Shown: one piece after another, positions 10,196-22,533 of the stretch
Numbering within the stretch: the first letter of the stretch is position 1
Layout: each line of letters starts with the position of its first letter
Origin: Neodothiora populina
Taxonomy: Eukaryota
Direction: 5' to 3'
DNA length: 64,000 nt
Assembly (NCBI RefSeq): GCF_041146345.1
Contig: NW_027191406.1
Coordinates: 186,001-250,000, forward strand
Made by a program: the position numbers and the translations under genes
The notes under the pieces: generated by a model
What the model was told of the DNA's origin: nothing
The model's input: only the letters and a program-made list of their open reading frames with translations
Database searches by the model: none

Positions 10196-11865
10196 GTTGT
10201 GTGCTCGAGTATGTTTATTGACTCTCTTGCAATATCCAGTAGTGTCTCGGCTTGCTGTTTCTACCTTCACCTGAGAGGGTGCTGACTTATGCAGGTAAGA
10301 TGGTATAGAGTCGACGTCAAGGAAATCTACGCACGCAAGTGGGAGGGGGGAAAGAAAGAAAAGAAGTAGAAAAGCGTGTGCCAAACCATCTCACTAAGAG
10401 CCGATGGAGTAAACACGATTTTATTTTGAGTCATAAGACCGTGATTCGCTCCAGAACCCTCTTAGGTTCTTGTGTCTGGACGAAGGGAGTTTGTACCTCG
10501 GGAGTAGTGACTGACCATGCTCAGAGAGATTGTCTCGGCCATGTGTCCCATAGCTCCCCTCTTTGCATCCCTCGAGTCTCTCTGCTTACAATGAATATGT
10601 AGATGTATCTCTGCGGGTACGAAATGTCTTATACACTACTCGCATCTTCGGATCTCCTCTCAATCACCGTAGAGCATGCGACAGAATCAATGGCTCCGTA
10701 GTAGTGTATCGACAAGTTTTCTTCTCCACGAAAATGACGTACTCGGAGCAACGGGTGTGTGTGTGTGTGTTGCGCACCTGTAAAATTGTTGTGCTTTCAC
10801 ATGCGAGGTTCAAAGATGCGGAGAAAAGCAGAATCTGGGGTAACTGAAGCGAGTAGACCTGGGGCCGGGTCCTTTTCTTGTGCTGTATTCAAACCTTGTC
10901 TTATACTCGATCGAGAAAGAGTGGCAGCCGTTTTGTGGTTTGGTCCGGTCCTGAATGGCTCGCTGTGGTTAGTCTAGTGCTGAACCTCTGGCAGATTCCC
11001 TTAGACTCCCCCTCTACCGAGGTCAACACATGCTCTGACTACCTTTCATGCCGACTTTCGGCTCTCGTGAGCATCCGATTAGATAGAGTACAACACAAAG
11101 TACCGCGGCGAAGTTGTATAAAGTCCATATACCTTGGCTATTGCGTCTGGTGCGGACAATAAGGTCAATTCATACTTGACATGCTAAAGTTGTTCATGTA
11201 CAATAGCAGTTCTGATCATTGTTGTGTGCTGAGGAGCATAGACTACGCTGTCGACTTGATGCTCTCTCAGCCTTGAATGACTTGTCTGCATTTATGTGCC
11301 ATGCCTAGTAATAAGAACTGTAGGGAGAACCGTCAGCACATTACTTCCGCTCATTGCACAGCGTGAACTCGAGTCAACGCTCAAATATCTTTGATGTACC
11401 AATCTTGTGCTTTTCTGAGCTGCTTATCCGTCGAACCGATACACAACGTATACTCTCTTTCCTCGCCATCGACAGTAACAGTGTCCGGTCACTGTGCCTG
11501 CCATGACTTACTGTAGCGGCGATGTAGCGGCGATCACTGATGCAGGTGAAGGTCTTGACACCGGTATTTATGAAGGGTTGATGTTTCCTCAATATCTTTC
11601 TGGTATTGTGGAGGTAAAGAGTGCCATTGAACATGTAAATATCGCTAGCGACTAAGGACACTGTTAAGAAGGCGCGCATTCACTGGTGTGGAGAGTGAAC
11701 GGGCATGTACACGTAAAAATACAACCGCCGTCCCGCATACCATGTCAATTCCATTACGGGGGAACAACCATCTTCCGGCAACACAATCAAGCCATCAATA
11801 AGGTCTCAAAGACATTCCTTGAGCCATGTACCTGCCTCCCAAGCGACCATCATCCAACCGCCATC

Positions 11866-12483
11866 TCAAGCCCCCTCAACCTCCATCTTCACATCCTCAG
11901 ACGCCTCCATAAGCGACTCGGCAGTCAACAGCTGCGTCAGTAAACCCGCGACATCCTCTGCGTCACTGTCGATGCGCTCCTGCAGATCTTCTCTCTGCTC
12001 GAGCGTCTTCAATTGACCGAACAGCCAGAGCTCTTGCATCTGGCGCGTCATGGTGAGGATATCCTCGCTTGTGCGTATCTAGAGTGTGGAGGTGAGTTTG
12101 CAGTTGTACATGATGTGAGAAGTGTCAAGATAGAGTAATTTTGAGAAATATTGAGGACTGAGAGGGTAGAGATTTGACTCACTAATGCGGCAGTCTCAAC
12201 TTGCATCTGATACTGGTTCAACGCGGTAGTGTTGCGATCTGTCTTGTCGACCTACAGGAACATGAGCAAAACCGATCCCGAAATTCTCGAAATCTGCAAC
12301 AAGTATACACACAGCAGCTAGTTCAATGAGGTTCTCAAAGCGCTTGAGCATGTTGTTTCGGATCTGGTCGATCCGCGCTGGTACACAGTGGCACTATTAG
12401 TCCTTTCTGCGCCTGTTACTGCGCGGTGGTGTTTGTTCGAACGTACCCATTAGCGCAGGGGTGTTGCGCGGTATGCTGTCCAT
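11866..12483 (-). CDS. MED22: Mediator subunit Med22/Srb6 (4 exons)
   Basis: Spliced product MDSIPRNTPALM...MLKRFENLIELAA...YQMQVETAAL.IRTSEDILTMTRQMQELWLFGQL. Confidence 0.85.
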
Positions 12484-13049
12484 GATTTTCGTCGTTTTCT
12501 GGAAGACAGACACAGAGATGCTCACATCGTTCACGGGATCATGTTGGGACACTTGTGTTGTATAAGAAGCATGTGTTGCTTGGATTATTTGGTATACACG
12601 AACAGAAGCCCGCGATGGCGCTTGGAAGCTATAGGAAATTTAGCCGAACTCGACTCTGGACAACCAGACATTCTCAGTCACTTCATATACTCAATATTGG
12701 GCATATCGCTCTGAGCGCGTTTGCCATAGTATTCGTTCAACTCTTACGTTGCCAACCATGGCGTACATGATGTGGACAAGCAAATTGTCTACCAATTGTG
12801 ACTGGGTCGCAGATGCAGGCGACTGAGTTTGTCACAACTTCCAAAGGACAAGATCGATTAAGAACATATTCTTAATGAATTGACTAGTATTTCTACGAAC
12901 TCAATGCACATAGGCAGTAATATCAGGATAAAAGTGGAGAAGAGTTTTCAACGCCGACAATTCGATCAACATGAACTAGGACCCCAAACCAATAACAGTT
13001 TTCCTCGCCCCAAGAAGACGCTCGAATTCCTAAGTAGCAGAACGAACGT

Positions 13050-14377
13050 CTACTCCTCATCCGACGACTCCTCGTCAGACTCAGCAGTCTCGAGCCATTC
13101 GATGAACTTTTCAGCACTCTTGCGGACCTTCTTGCTGGTGGCAATATCAACGTATTTCTTGCTGGCTTTGGAACCAAAAGCCTTCAGAGTCTCCTCCGAG
13201 ACGAGATCGTTCTGGTAGTACTGGAGCAAGATACCAGAGACCTGGGAGATAAGGTTGGGCTTCTCGATACCGACTAGACGCTCGGTACCACCGAGGAAAG
13301 CCTTCTCGTGACGCTCAGAGGTAATCATACGCTTGAGCATACCAGCACGAGGAGAGACCTGCTTGATGATGTTGTCATCGAAGATGGTCTGGGCAAGGAC
13401 AGCAAGAGTCCTGTGCTTGGTCTCAATGCCAAGCTCCTTTGCCTTGAGGTAGATATCAACATCCTCAACCTTGGAGACGCCGCCCTTGGACTCGGCCTGA
13501 TCGATGACCCACTTGCCGAGCACGTCGTAAGGACCGCTCTCGGCATCCTCTTCGCCCTCGATGACGAGCGAGCGCTTGAGGTCGTCAGGGAGCTCCTGAG
13601 CACGAGCCTTGATGGCAGCCTCGGACATGTCAACGGACCACTCAATCTCCTTCTCCTCTTCAGGCTCGTTGAGCTCCTTTGCCTGGGCGTTGATACGACG
13701 AGTGAGCTCGTCGTCGCTGCCGGCCTCGTTCTCAACCTCGTCATCGTCGCCGCCGTTGTCAGAGCCACTCTCGCCTGGGCTTCCCTTGCCGTTGGCATCG
13801 TCACTGTCAGCATCGCCATTCTTCTGCTGTGCAAGCTTCTTTGCTCTACGCTCGGCCTTCTTGGTAGACTTGTCCTTCTTGCCCTTGGTGGGAGCGTTCT
13901 TGATGATGAAGGATGAAAGCTTCTGGCGAGGATCGGCCTCGGTGATGGTACCGCAAGCCTTGCAGTCGAGAAGGATTCGTCCTTCCTTGATATTGACAAC
14001 GGTCTCGGGGTTCTTGCAACTCCTGCAAAGAACGAACTTGTTGATGAACCCGTCAAGGTAGTCCTGCAGCTTGGAGGCTTCGTGGGCACCGTTGATGATC
14101 CAGCGGTCATCCTTGGGGTCGATGTTAGTCTGAGCACCTAGCTCGAAACCAAAGTACTTGATGACATCTGAGCGGTGTTAGCTGGGATGACACAAAAAGG
14201 CTGAAGAACACAGAACTGACAGTTTGGTGGACGAGCAAGCTGGTCGGCGACGTTGTGCAAGTTGACGATGACGGTCTTAATGCCGTTACCCTTGCCCTCG
14301 ATTTTGGACTGGAGACGCTCCATCTTGTAACGATAGAAGGGATCGGTGACATCCCGGCGAATGTTGACGTTGGCCAT
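13050..14377 (-). CDS. TIF5: Translation initiation factor eIF5 (intron 14168-14220)
   Basis: [35 protein letters not shown], zinc ribbon CRSCKNPET...CKACG and W2 end [13 protein letters not shown]. Start context GCCACCATGG. Confidence 0.97.
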
Positions 14378-14422
14378 GGTGGCGGTAGTGTTGATTTCCG
14401 AGAATGGAAATGGATAATTGGT

Positions 14423-14482
14423 TTATTGGTATGAAGAAGAACCGAAAGAACCAGAAAATTCGTGGGAATGCGTTACCGACAT
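14423..14482 (-). promoter_or_regulatory. eIF5 uORF2 (19 aa, weak AUG context)
   Basis: tgcATGt context; MSVTHSHEFSGSFGSSSYQ*; ends 45 nt before the main ATG. Confidence 0.7.
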
Positions 14483-14562
14483 GCAGTAGAACAGCAATAA
14501 CAAATGAACTCTGATCGAGGATTTTTCTTTGGGTCTTTCAAAGAAGTCTGGCTGGGCTGATA

Positions 14563-14670
14563 TCAACCGTTGGTACTGAGATGACCGCTACAGGGTCTTC
14601 GCAATATGCGAAATGGCTGCAGCTTGGGCGGCGGCGGAACTGCAAGAGCGTGGTAGGAAGACGAATACAT
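14563..14670 (-). promoter_or_regulatory. eIF5 uORF1 (35 aa, weak AUG context, contains PPPP)
   Basis: tttATGt context; MYSSSYHALAVPPPPKLQPFRILRRPCSGHLSTNG*. Confidence 0.75.
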
Positions 14671-15795
14671 AAACACCACGCTTGTTAAGTGCTTCGATGA
14701 TTTCTGGGGATGTTTGGGATGGATAGAACGGGTTTCTTTGTGGAGGGACAAGCGCAGGCGGGCTCAAAGTAAGCTCGTAGCGCAGACTGTAGGGGTTTGA
14801 GGGATGTGTTGTCTCGCAGATGAGAGAGTTTGACAGAGTAAAGCCTGAGGAACAGGCGGAATTTGGCGTATGTGCGCTTTTTGTATGTGTTGTAGGAAAA
14901 AGGATGAAAAGTGAGACGGGAAAGACTGATGAGCAAAAGTGATGATGAGTCGGTCTTAAGGCTGTGTGCGAGCCGTGTAGCGGAGGCAGGCAAATTCTGT
15001 TATTCGCGCCGTCTCCCGCACTAGTCGAGCTGCCTCTAGTAGCAGACCCTAAGGTACCTTTACTGTCTCCGTACTTTTATTACCCTTCCACCCCTCCACG
15101 TGCCCTGCCAACGATGCACATATGCGTAGTTTTGGTACTGTTTCACCTGTCGACGACCGTGGTCCGATACAGTTTCGCGCTTGATTCACGTTAGGTACCG
15201 CAATGCACGAGGCATTGTGTTGTTGCATTTGGAATCCGAGAGAAACAAAACATGAATGGCCGCGTGATTTCATTGTCGTGTTGCTTCCTTCTCAATCCGC
15301 AAAGCTTTTCCTCCTGCCTAAACGGCTACGATTGTCTGCCTTATTGCTAAGCTCTGCCTACAGTTGATCCCGAATGCATGTGCTGCTGCCTGTATAAAGT
15401 AAAGTAAGGTAAGTACCGTAGGCTATGTCCGCGTCATGATCACCCGGAGCATTGATCCGCGCTGCGAAGGCATAAACCGAACACCACATCAACTATTAGA
15501 CACATTTGCACATAAAACTTGGTGCACGAGAGTCTTGTATAGCAGCTGCTACAGCGTATGGTGTATGAATGTAGTCAGTTACCAATAGATTAGAGTAATC
15601 ATGCGATTTGATATGACACATGCTGTAACAGTCACGATGTCGCTCTTGGCGATATGAGCGAGCGAACGAGTCGTGGTCATGCATAAAGTAAATTCGAGGT
15701 CTGGTGAATCACGAGTGGAGCGTGAGCTTCTCAACTCGTCTCTATCGTGTCATCCTTTTGTGTCAACGGATAGAATACATCACAAGCACGAGAGA

Positions 15796-17592
15796 ATGGC
15801 TGTAGACTATTCAGTGTATTTGGTGACTGACAACACCCCGGCTATCCTCGGCGATAAAGATATTGTAGAGGTTGTCCGGGCCGCTGTAGATGGAGGTAGG
15901 TGCTATGTGACTCCCCATTTGTCTCTGCCACGGCTATCGTGAGAGCACACAATTTGCCCAGACGTTGACTTTTTCTTCTGTCTGTAGGCGTGACTATAGT
16001 TCAACTCCGGGACAAGACGAGTGATACCGGTGAATTGATCAAGATAGCGAAGCAGCTACATGCTGTCACGAAGCCCAAAGGCGTCCCGCTCGTGATTAAT
16101 GATCGGGTGGATGTAGCGTTGGCTTCTGGGGTCGAAGGTGTTCATATTGGACAAGATGATATTGGTGAGTACACCTCGCAAAAGATCTATTGCTCAATGT
16201 ACTATACTGCAGATCTATTTCCGGTGCTATGATCGTTGCAGAAACAAGAGCAATAGGACTGTACCAGAATAAAGTATCTTTCACAAACTGACATGAGCTT
16301 AAGATCTCACCTCTGCTCGCAAGATCCTAGGGAAAGATGCCATCATCGGCGTGACAGCCAACAGTCTCGAGGAGGCAGAGATCGCTGCAGCTGGAGGCGC
16401 CGACTACCTTGGCCTGGGCACCGTCTTTGCCACACCAACCAAGGAGAACAGCAAATCCATCATTGGAGTATCAGGCGTGCAAACCATTCTGTCTTCCCTC
16501 GAGAAACAGTACCCAGACGTCAAGAACGTTTGTATAGGAGGCATAAACGCCTCAAACTGCCAGCGTGTGCTTTATCAATCGACTACGCCAACCGGCAAGC
16601 GCCTCGATGGTATTGCCGTCGTGAGCGCGATCATGGCTGCCCAAGATCCCAAGAAAGCGTCTTCTGATCTTGTGAGACTTGTCTCGACGCCTCCTCCATT
16701 CGCAGCGAGCAGCTCAGCAACCCAACGTCGGCAAATGACCCAAGAACTAATCGCGACCACAATCCCCGAAATCACCAAACGTCTGGCGGAGAAGAAACCC
16801 CTCTGCCACAACATGACGAATCTCGTCGTCCAAAACTTCGCCGCCAACGTCGCCCTAGCAGTAGGAGGCAGCCCGATCATGTCATCCAACAGCCACGAAG
16901 CCGCCGACCTGGCCGCTCTAGGCGGCAGTCTGGTCCTGAACATGGGCAGCACGACGCCCGAAATGCGCGCCCACCACCTGCGCGCAATGGCAGCCTACAA
17001 CTCCATCGGCGGGCCCATCCTGCTCGATCCCGTTGGCGCAGGCGCCACATGCGCACGCAGAGAAGGCGTGGCGGCGCTCATGCGCGGCGGCTACTTCGAC
17101 GTGATCAAAGGCAACGAGGGCGAGATCCGCACCGTCAGCGGCGCAGCGGGCGTCAAGCAACACGGAGTCGACAGCGGCGCATCACAGCTGTCTCTTCGTG
17201 AACGCGCACAACTCGTCAAGCAAGTCGCCGCGCGCGAACACAACGTCGTGCTCATGACGGGCACCACGGACGTCATCAGCGACGGCGTCCGCACCTTAGC
17301 TGTCAGCAACGGCCACGCGCTACTGGGAGAAATCACAGGCAGCGGATGCACACTGGGCACGACCATTGCGGCCTACCTCGCTGTCGAGAGAGAGGATAAG
17401 CTCCTTGCTGTGCTTGCGGGAGTGCTGCATTACGAAATCGCGGGCGAGAGAGCGGCCGCGAGGAAAGAAACCGTCAGGGGTCCCGGGTCGTTTATTCCTG
17501 CTTTTATCGATGAGCTGTATCTCATCAGGCAGGAGAGCGTGGCTGGCGGGGAGTGGGCTCAAGGAGCTAAAGTCGAGGTTCTCGATATTTAG
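15796..17592 (+). CDS. THI6: Bifunctional thiamine-phosphate synthase / hydroxyethylthiazole kinase (introns 15896-15987, 16165-16303)
   Basis: VDYSVYLVTD, VQLRDK, INDRVDVALA.GVHIGQDD, FATPTK, CHNMTNLVVQNFAANVALAVGGSPIMS, LDPVGAGAT, IKGNEGEI, ITGSGCTLG. Confidence 0.96.
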
Positions 17593-17794
17593 TTTGCAAT
17601 AGTCAAAATACCTAGACAGATGGGTATTGGTAAAAGGAGGGTATATGTGAAATAAATTCGAGTCAACATAAGCCTTCTTTTCCATGTGATTCAATTGACA
17701 GCCCAAGGTCCTCAGTAGTCTTCTGCACATTCGTCCACAAGAGAAGAATAAAACAAGAAGGCGACAGATTCTGATCGGAAAAGAAAAAGAACTA

Positions 17795-17819
<25 letters not shown>
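17795..17819. repeat. (CAG)8 microsatellite
   Basis: Read directly from the sequence. Confidence 0.95.
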
Positions 17820-17826
<7 letters not shown>

Positions 17827-18619
17827 CTCAAGGTCGAGTCGGTAGGGCGACCCTGTCCTCGCCCTCGCACTCTTCCTCCGCTTCACCCCCCACAAGCAAA
17901 AGAGATTAGTCTGCCTCGTCCGGTTGATCATCATCTATCTCTGTTACTCAGATAGTCCATCTGTTCCTAGTTGTGTACCCAGCTGATGCAAGGTGCACCT
18001 GGTGTGTATGACACGTCTACAGCCGTTCCCAGCTATGCCAGCATATTCGACGCAGCTAACAATCATATCTAGAACTTGAGACGTCGGGTTGAGTGGATGA
18101 AAAGACCAATTGTTCTTTTGATTGTTGTTTGGAGAGAGTGTGTAGGAATGGTACATCCACAGAAAGTGGTCACTTTGATCGGTCGGGTAGACAAAATCAG
18201 CTACATTACGCAACGGTAGACACTGGACTGTCATATGCTTGCATGCCTTCCATCCAGCGTTATGCAGAAAATTTGAAGAACCGATCCTAACAGACAAAGA
18301 TACACAAGAAGGGAGACGAAAAGAAGAGGAAGAAAAAGATCAATGGTTATGCACTCGCTTCTAGCCTGAAGAGGAAGAGGAGGAGGGGTATCTACACATG
18401 ACATTCATCATCAGCACGACCACGACTTGATAGACGCCAATTGATGCAAGACTGGTCCCGAAGAACAAAAGTCCCATCCGTGACCCTGGCTAAGTAGTCT
18501 CAAACCCACACGAAACAAAAGAAAAAACAGCCCAATCCTGAAGATTTACCAAAACGCCATGCAACGGAGCAAAACCCCCCGATTGCTGTCCAATTATGCC
18601 AAGCGAAAACACTGTAGAA

Positions 18620-20783
18620 TCAAGCTGTCACAACGGGGACTCCCTGGCCATGCTGCTCGTCGGCACGGATCGCCTCGATCGCCTTGTCGACCTCCTCGTT
18701 AGCAAATCGCTGCCACTTGTCCCTGCCATCTTGGTCCGCCAGGGCCTCGGCGTCACCCACTTTCTCGTACATAAGCCGTGAAACATCCCTGTTAATGTCG
18801 GTATACTGGTCCTTTGTGATCTGCTGCTGGCGGTAGCGTGGGCCCAGTGTGGCCTTGACCATTCTCTGGATCTCCGTCTTGGTCGAGTAGGACATGCGTG
18901 AAGGAGAACTAGGACTGGTCACGGTCGCAGGACTGCTTGGGCGAGTCGGTGAGCGAACGCGCGATTTTGCGCGGTCTGCTGGACTGCTTGCAGCAGGCGA
19001 ATAAGGCGAGAAGGGTGGTGATATATTGGAAGGTCTAGGCCTGACGATTGAGGTAAGAGGGGTGGGCGAAGCAGGCCTCGGTCGGTCTTGCGGAGGCGGC
19101 GTGACCGAGTTGGCCCTGGGAGATACCTGACCAGACTGGAGGGGAGAAGAGCCTGGCGAGAGGACATAGGGAGAATGTTGCTGCTCTTCGTCGGACTGGT
19201 CCGCTGCCGGAGACTCATTGTCGGAAGGGGCAGGTAGTTTCTCGACTTCTTGCAGTAATGATGTCAAGAAGCTGGGTTGTTCAACCGCAGGCTGGTGTGA
19301 GGGTCGACTCGTCGATGGGCCCGGCTCTGGACCAACAATGACATTCCTTCTCGTCCTCGGTCTTTTCAGCTTGCGCTCAGGCACAGCATCACTGTCGCGC
19401 GGCGACGCTGGCGAGGTAGTGGCTGATTTTCTCTTTCTCCCCGATGGGGATCTTTCGTCGTTTGCCATGTGCATGACCTTGTCGAAAGCATTCCATGCAC
19501 GGATCTCCTCTTGGGACTCGGGGGGTGGAGGTTGTTGTTGATGGCGATGCAGTAATGTCGAGGCCGTGTCACGAAAGCGATTCGTGCCACCCTGGCGGTT
19601 TGCCACTCTCAATCGCTCCTGCCACGCTTCTAGTTCGAGTCGCTCGGCAAGCGTGCGACGGGGCTGGGGCGCCTCCTCGTCGAATGGGAAGTCGAGGTCC
19701 AGATCGAGGCGCGCCCAGACTTGTTGCCACACTCGATCCCATTCAGACACGCGATGTCGCCGACCCCGTCCTCTTCTGCTGCTCGATGCCACATGGCCAG
19801 TGGCACGGCGTGTGATGTTGCGACGTGTGGGGTTGGTGGCGCTGTCCATGTCCTTGACGCATGCCTCGCAGTACCACACCTCGGGGCTCTCGTTGAATCC
19901 AGCGCAAAAGACATGGACGGTGCGATCACATCCGTCGCAGTACATGACCTCGTACTGGCTGCTGACACTTCCACATACAATGCAGGGCTCGTCGACTTCG
20001 AACAGGTCTTCGTCGACGACAAGTGTCGGGTCCAGCTCTGCCTGCTGCTGCTTGTCCTGCACGGCATACGAGGAGAAGGAAGGCGTGTCCAGGGCCTTGC
20101 GCAACTCGACCACGTTGAATTGGGCGCGACATATGGGACAACTGTTGGCCCGCTCTACCCAGGGCCTGAGGCACGAGTCGTGGAGGTTGTGTCCGCAGGG
20201 CAGCAGATGGGCAATGATTTCGTCATCTTCGGCTTGCTTACTGCAGGAGAAGTAATGTCAGCAATTTCTTTCTTGAGGGATCATGTGAGTTTGACGGTCG
20301 ACCAGAGACCAGCCGGTGCATTGCGCGCAAAAGAGCAAAAGAGCAAAAGAGCAGTGAGAGAGACGTCACCTTCCCAGGCTTCTTCCGGCGAAATGCTACT
20401 GTATTCACGCCGATCAAAAGCGGAAAGAGCAATTTCCGATCATCATCCGGCTGTCTCTCTTCTGGTTCATAGACTCATAGACTCGCGGTATAATGGGAAG
20501 GTGGAGAGTGGTGCAGGGTTTCGATGATGAGCAATGGGTACCTTTGATTAGCAGCTTGAATATGATTGTGATGGTTTTGATGATGATTATTATGATGACG
20601 ATTGTTACTGTGGTTTGTCGAGTTTATTGTCGTCTCATCATTATTGTTGTATTCTGGTGCTGCTGCTGCTGCTGCGACTTCGTCGTCATGGGTCAAGCTG
20701 GGCGACCGCTCCTCAACCTTGACAACTCCATCGGGAGTGGCAACACGGAGGTCACCCAGGCAGACAATGCATGTGTCCGTCAT
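18620..20783 (-). CDS. RING-H2 + PHD finger protein with C-terminal SRI-like domain (Asr1/PHRF1-like; intron 20241-20541)
   Basis: TCIVCLGDL...LLPCGHNLHDSCLRPWVERANSCPICR (RING), CIVC...CDGCDRTVHVFC...WYCEAC (PHD) and KTEIQRMVKATL...ITKDQYTDINRDVSR. Confidence 0.9.
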
Positions 20784-21959
20784 AGTGACCGAGCAGAGTT
20801 TGTCTGGACGACGATTTCGAGTACAACAGCATGTAAATCATGGAGATGGTAATGGGAGGTAAATGGGATGGTGACTTTATATAGGTGACCAGAGTATCTA
20901 CGCTAATCCTCATTAGGCTTGCAGGTAGCCTTTCGTGCACCCTTCGTCCTTCGCCCTTTGCCCTTTGCCTGGCGCCCCCGTGAGTCGTCACTTTATCGCT
21001 CACTCTATCTTCTCTCTCTCTGCCTTCTCTCCCTCTTTCCCTTCTTCACTCTCTCTGTTGGGGGGGCGCCTATTCCTTCACGTGCCAGCTAATAACCCGA
21101 GGGAATCGCTAGGCATCCAGTCACCTCGCGGGCACAGCCAAGCGTATACCTTAGCCCTACCCTCCCTACCTATTTTTGTGCATCGTGACGATAAGACCAA
21201 CCCCCCGCTCCTCTCCGGAGTATTTGTTTAGTGTCACACATACAAGCACAGTAGGTAATTATCATCGATTATCATCATTATCCGTCCGAGCGAAGTCTCG
21301 CGTCGACATCACTTACGTTTCTCCACACCGTCTCAAATGACCAAGGGATCATGCATGTGCGATGGTGGCTTCAGACATGACATCTCGCCTTCAGCTCTCC
21401 TCCAGCGCAGCCGAGACGAGCTTCGGAAATGGTCTCATACCTGCCTTAATTATCACTGTCCCTAAAGTTGTTAAATTTCTCAGCTGCGCGGATCCTACAT
21501 GTAGGATAGTCACAGCCACTAATGCATCATCGTTGAGTGAGATGTATCGTGTGCCTTTGGAACCACTCGCTACTCGAATGGCAGCGACGTTATCCGTACC
21601 AGCCATCCTTTCCAGCAGTATAATTTGCCCATCATCAACCCCTCGTCGACCATCACTACATCACATGGATGAAAAGGATCCAAAAAAGGGGAATAAGAGT
21701 TTGGACCGGATTGACCGAGTGTTTTTATTTCGTTCATTCCTCACACCAGGGAGTCCAAAGGTCCCAGCGCATGTTATGTAGCAGTGTCGGATGGTAGTGT
21801 CCTGTTCTAGCTACAATCGTCTTCTCATCAAAGTCCTTGCTTTTTGCGCCGCGATATGCCGTCCCATCAAAGGGGGGTTTTAAGAAAAAGACCTCGACCC
21901 GAAGAAACCATGAAAGTGCATGCACGATGCTTGACATCAGAGCCTTGTTGTCATTGCAT

Positions 21960-22533
21960 TTAAACCTCAGCAATCTCACGCAGACGACGGATGGTCGATC
22001 TGGTGGCAGCAGCGGCAGGGGTGCTGTAGGGCAAAGGCCTGTTAGCCCTCTTGTTTTTGTTTCATCTACAATCCAGGGAGACGTACGAGACAACGTAAGC
22101 ACCGCCAGCGACGGTCTTCTTGCAAGACTTGCAGTCCCAGATACCGGTGGAGTGACGCTTAACGGTAACCTTTCCGCAGAAGGTGCAGGTGTAGCGGGCG
22201 TGCTGGGTGATTTCCATCTTCTTGACCTGCTTACGGAGCGAGGCACCGTAACTGATTTCGTGCATTAGTACTTTGTCCAGAAGATATAGCCTTCAGTCGC
22301 TCTTTTCCACGGCGTCAAGGATCCAGGAGCCTGTCCAGGAGCCTGAAGAGGAAGTGGTGTGTCCATACCGGGTACCGTATTTACCGGTGATGCCGACCTC
22401 TGAAGAAGAAAGTGTTAGCCATTAGCTGCTGAATGTCTGGATATCACCAGCGATTCGCCCGGATTGTTGCAAAATCCAGAACGAACAATTGGCTGGACAG
22501 AGTGCGAAACATACTCTTGGTGCGCTTCGTCAT
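21960..22533 (-). CDS. RPL43: 60S ribosomal protein eL43 (L37a; 4 exons)
   Basis: [44 protein letters not shown]...[15 protein letters not shown]...[12 protein letters not shown]. Confidence 0.97.
22322..22345. repeat. 12-bp perfect tandem duplication in RPL43 intron 2
   Basis: tccaggagcctg repeated twice. Confidence 0.9.

Noticed and set aside
15453..15470. TGATC...GCGAAGG upstream of THI6, resembling the TPP riboswitch P4/P5 half
   Set aside because: It lacks the P5 stem with a TAAT loop and any upstream CTGAGA; no complete TPP aptamer was seen in or near THI6.
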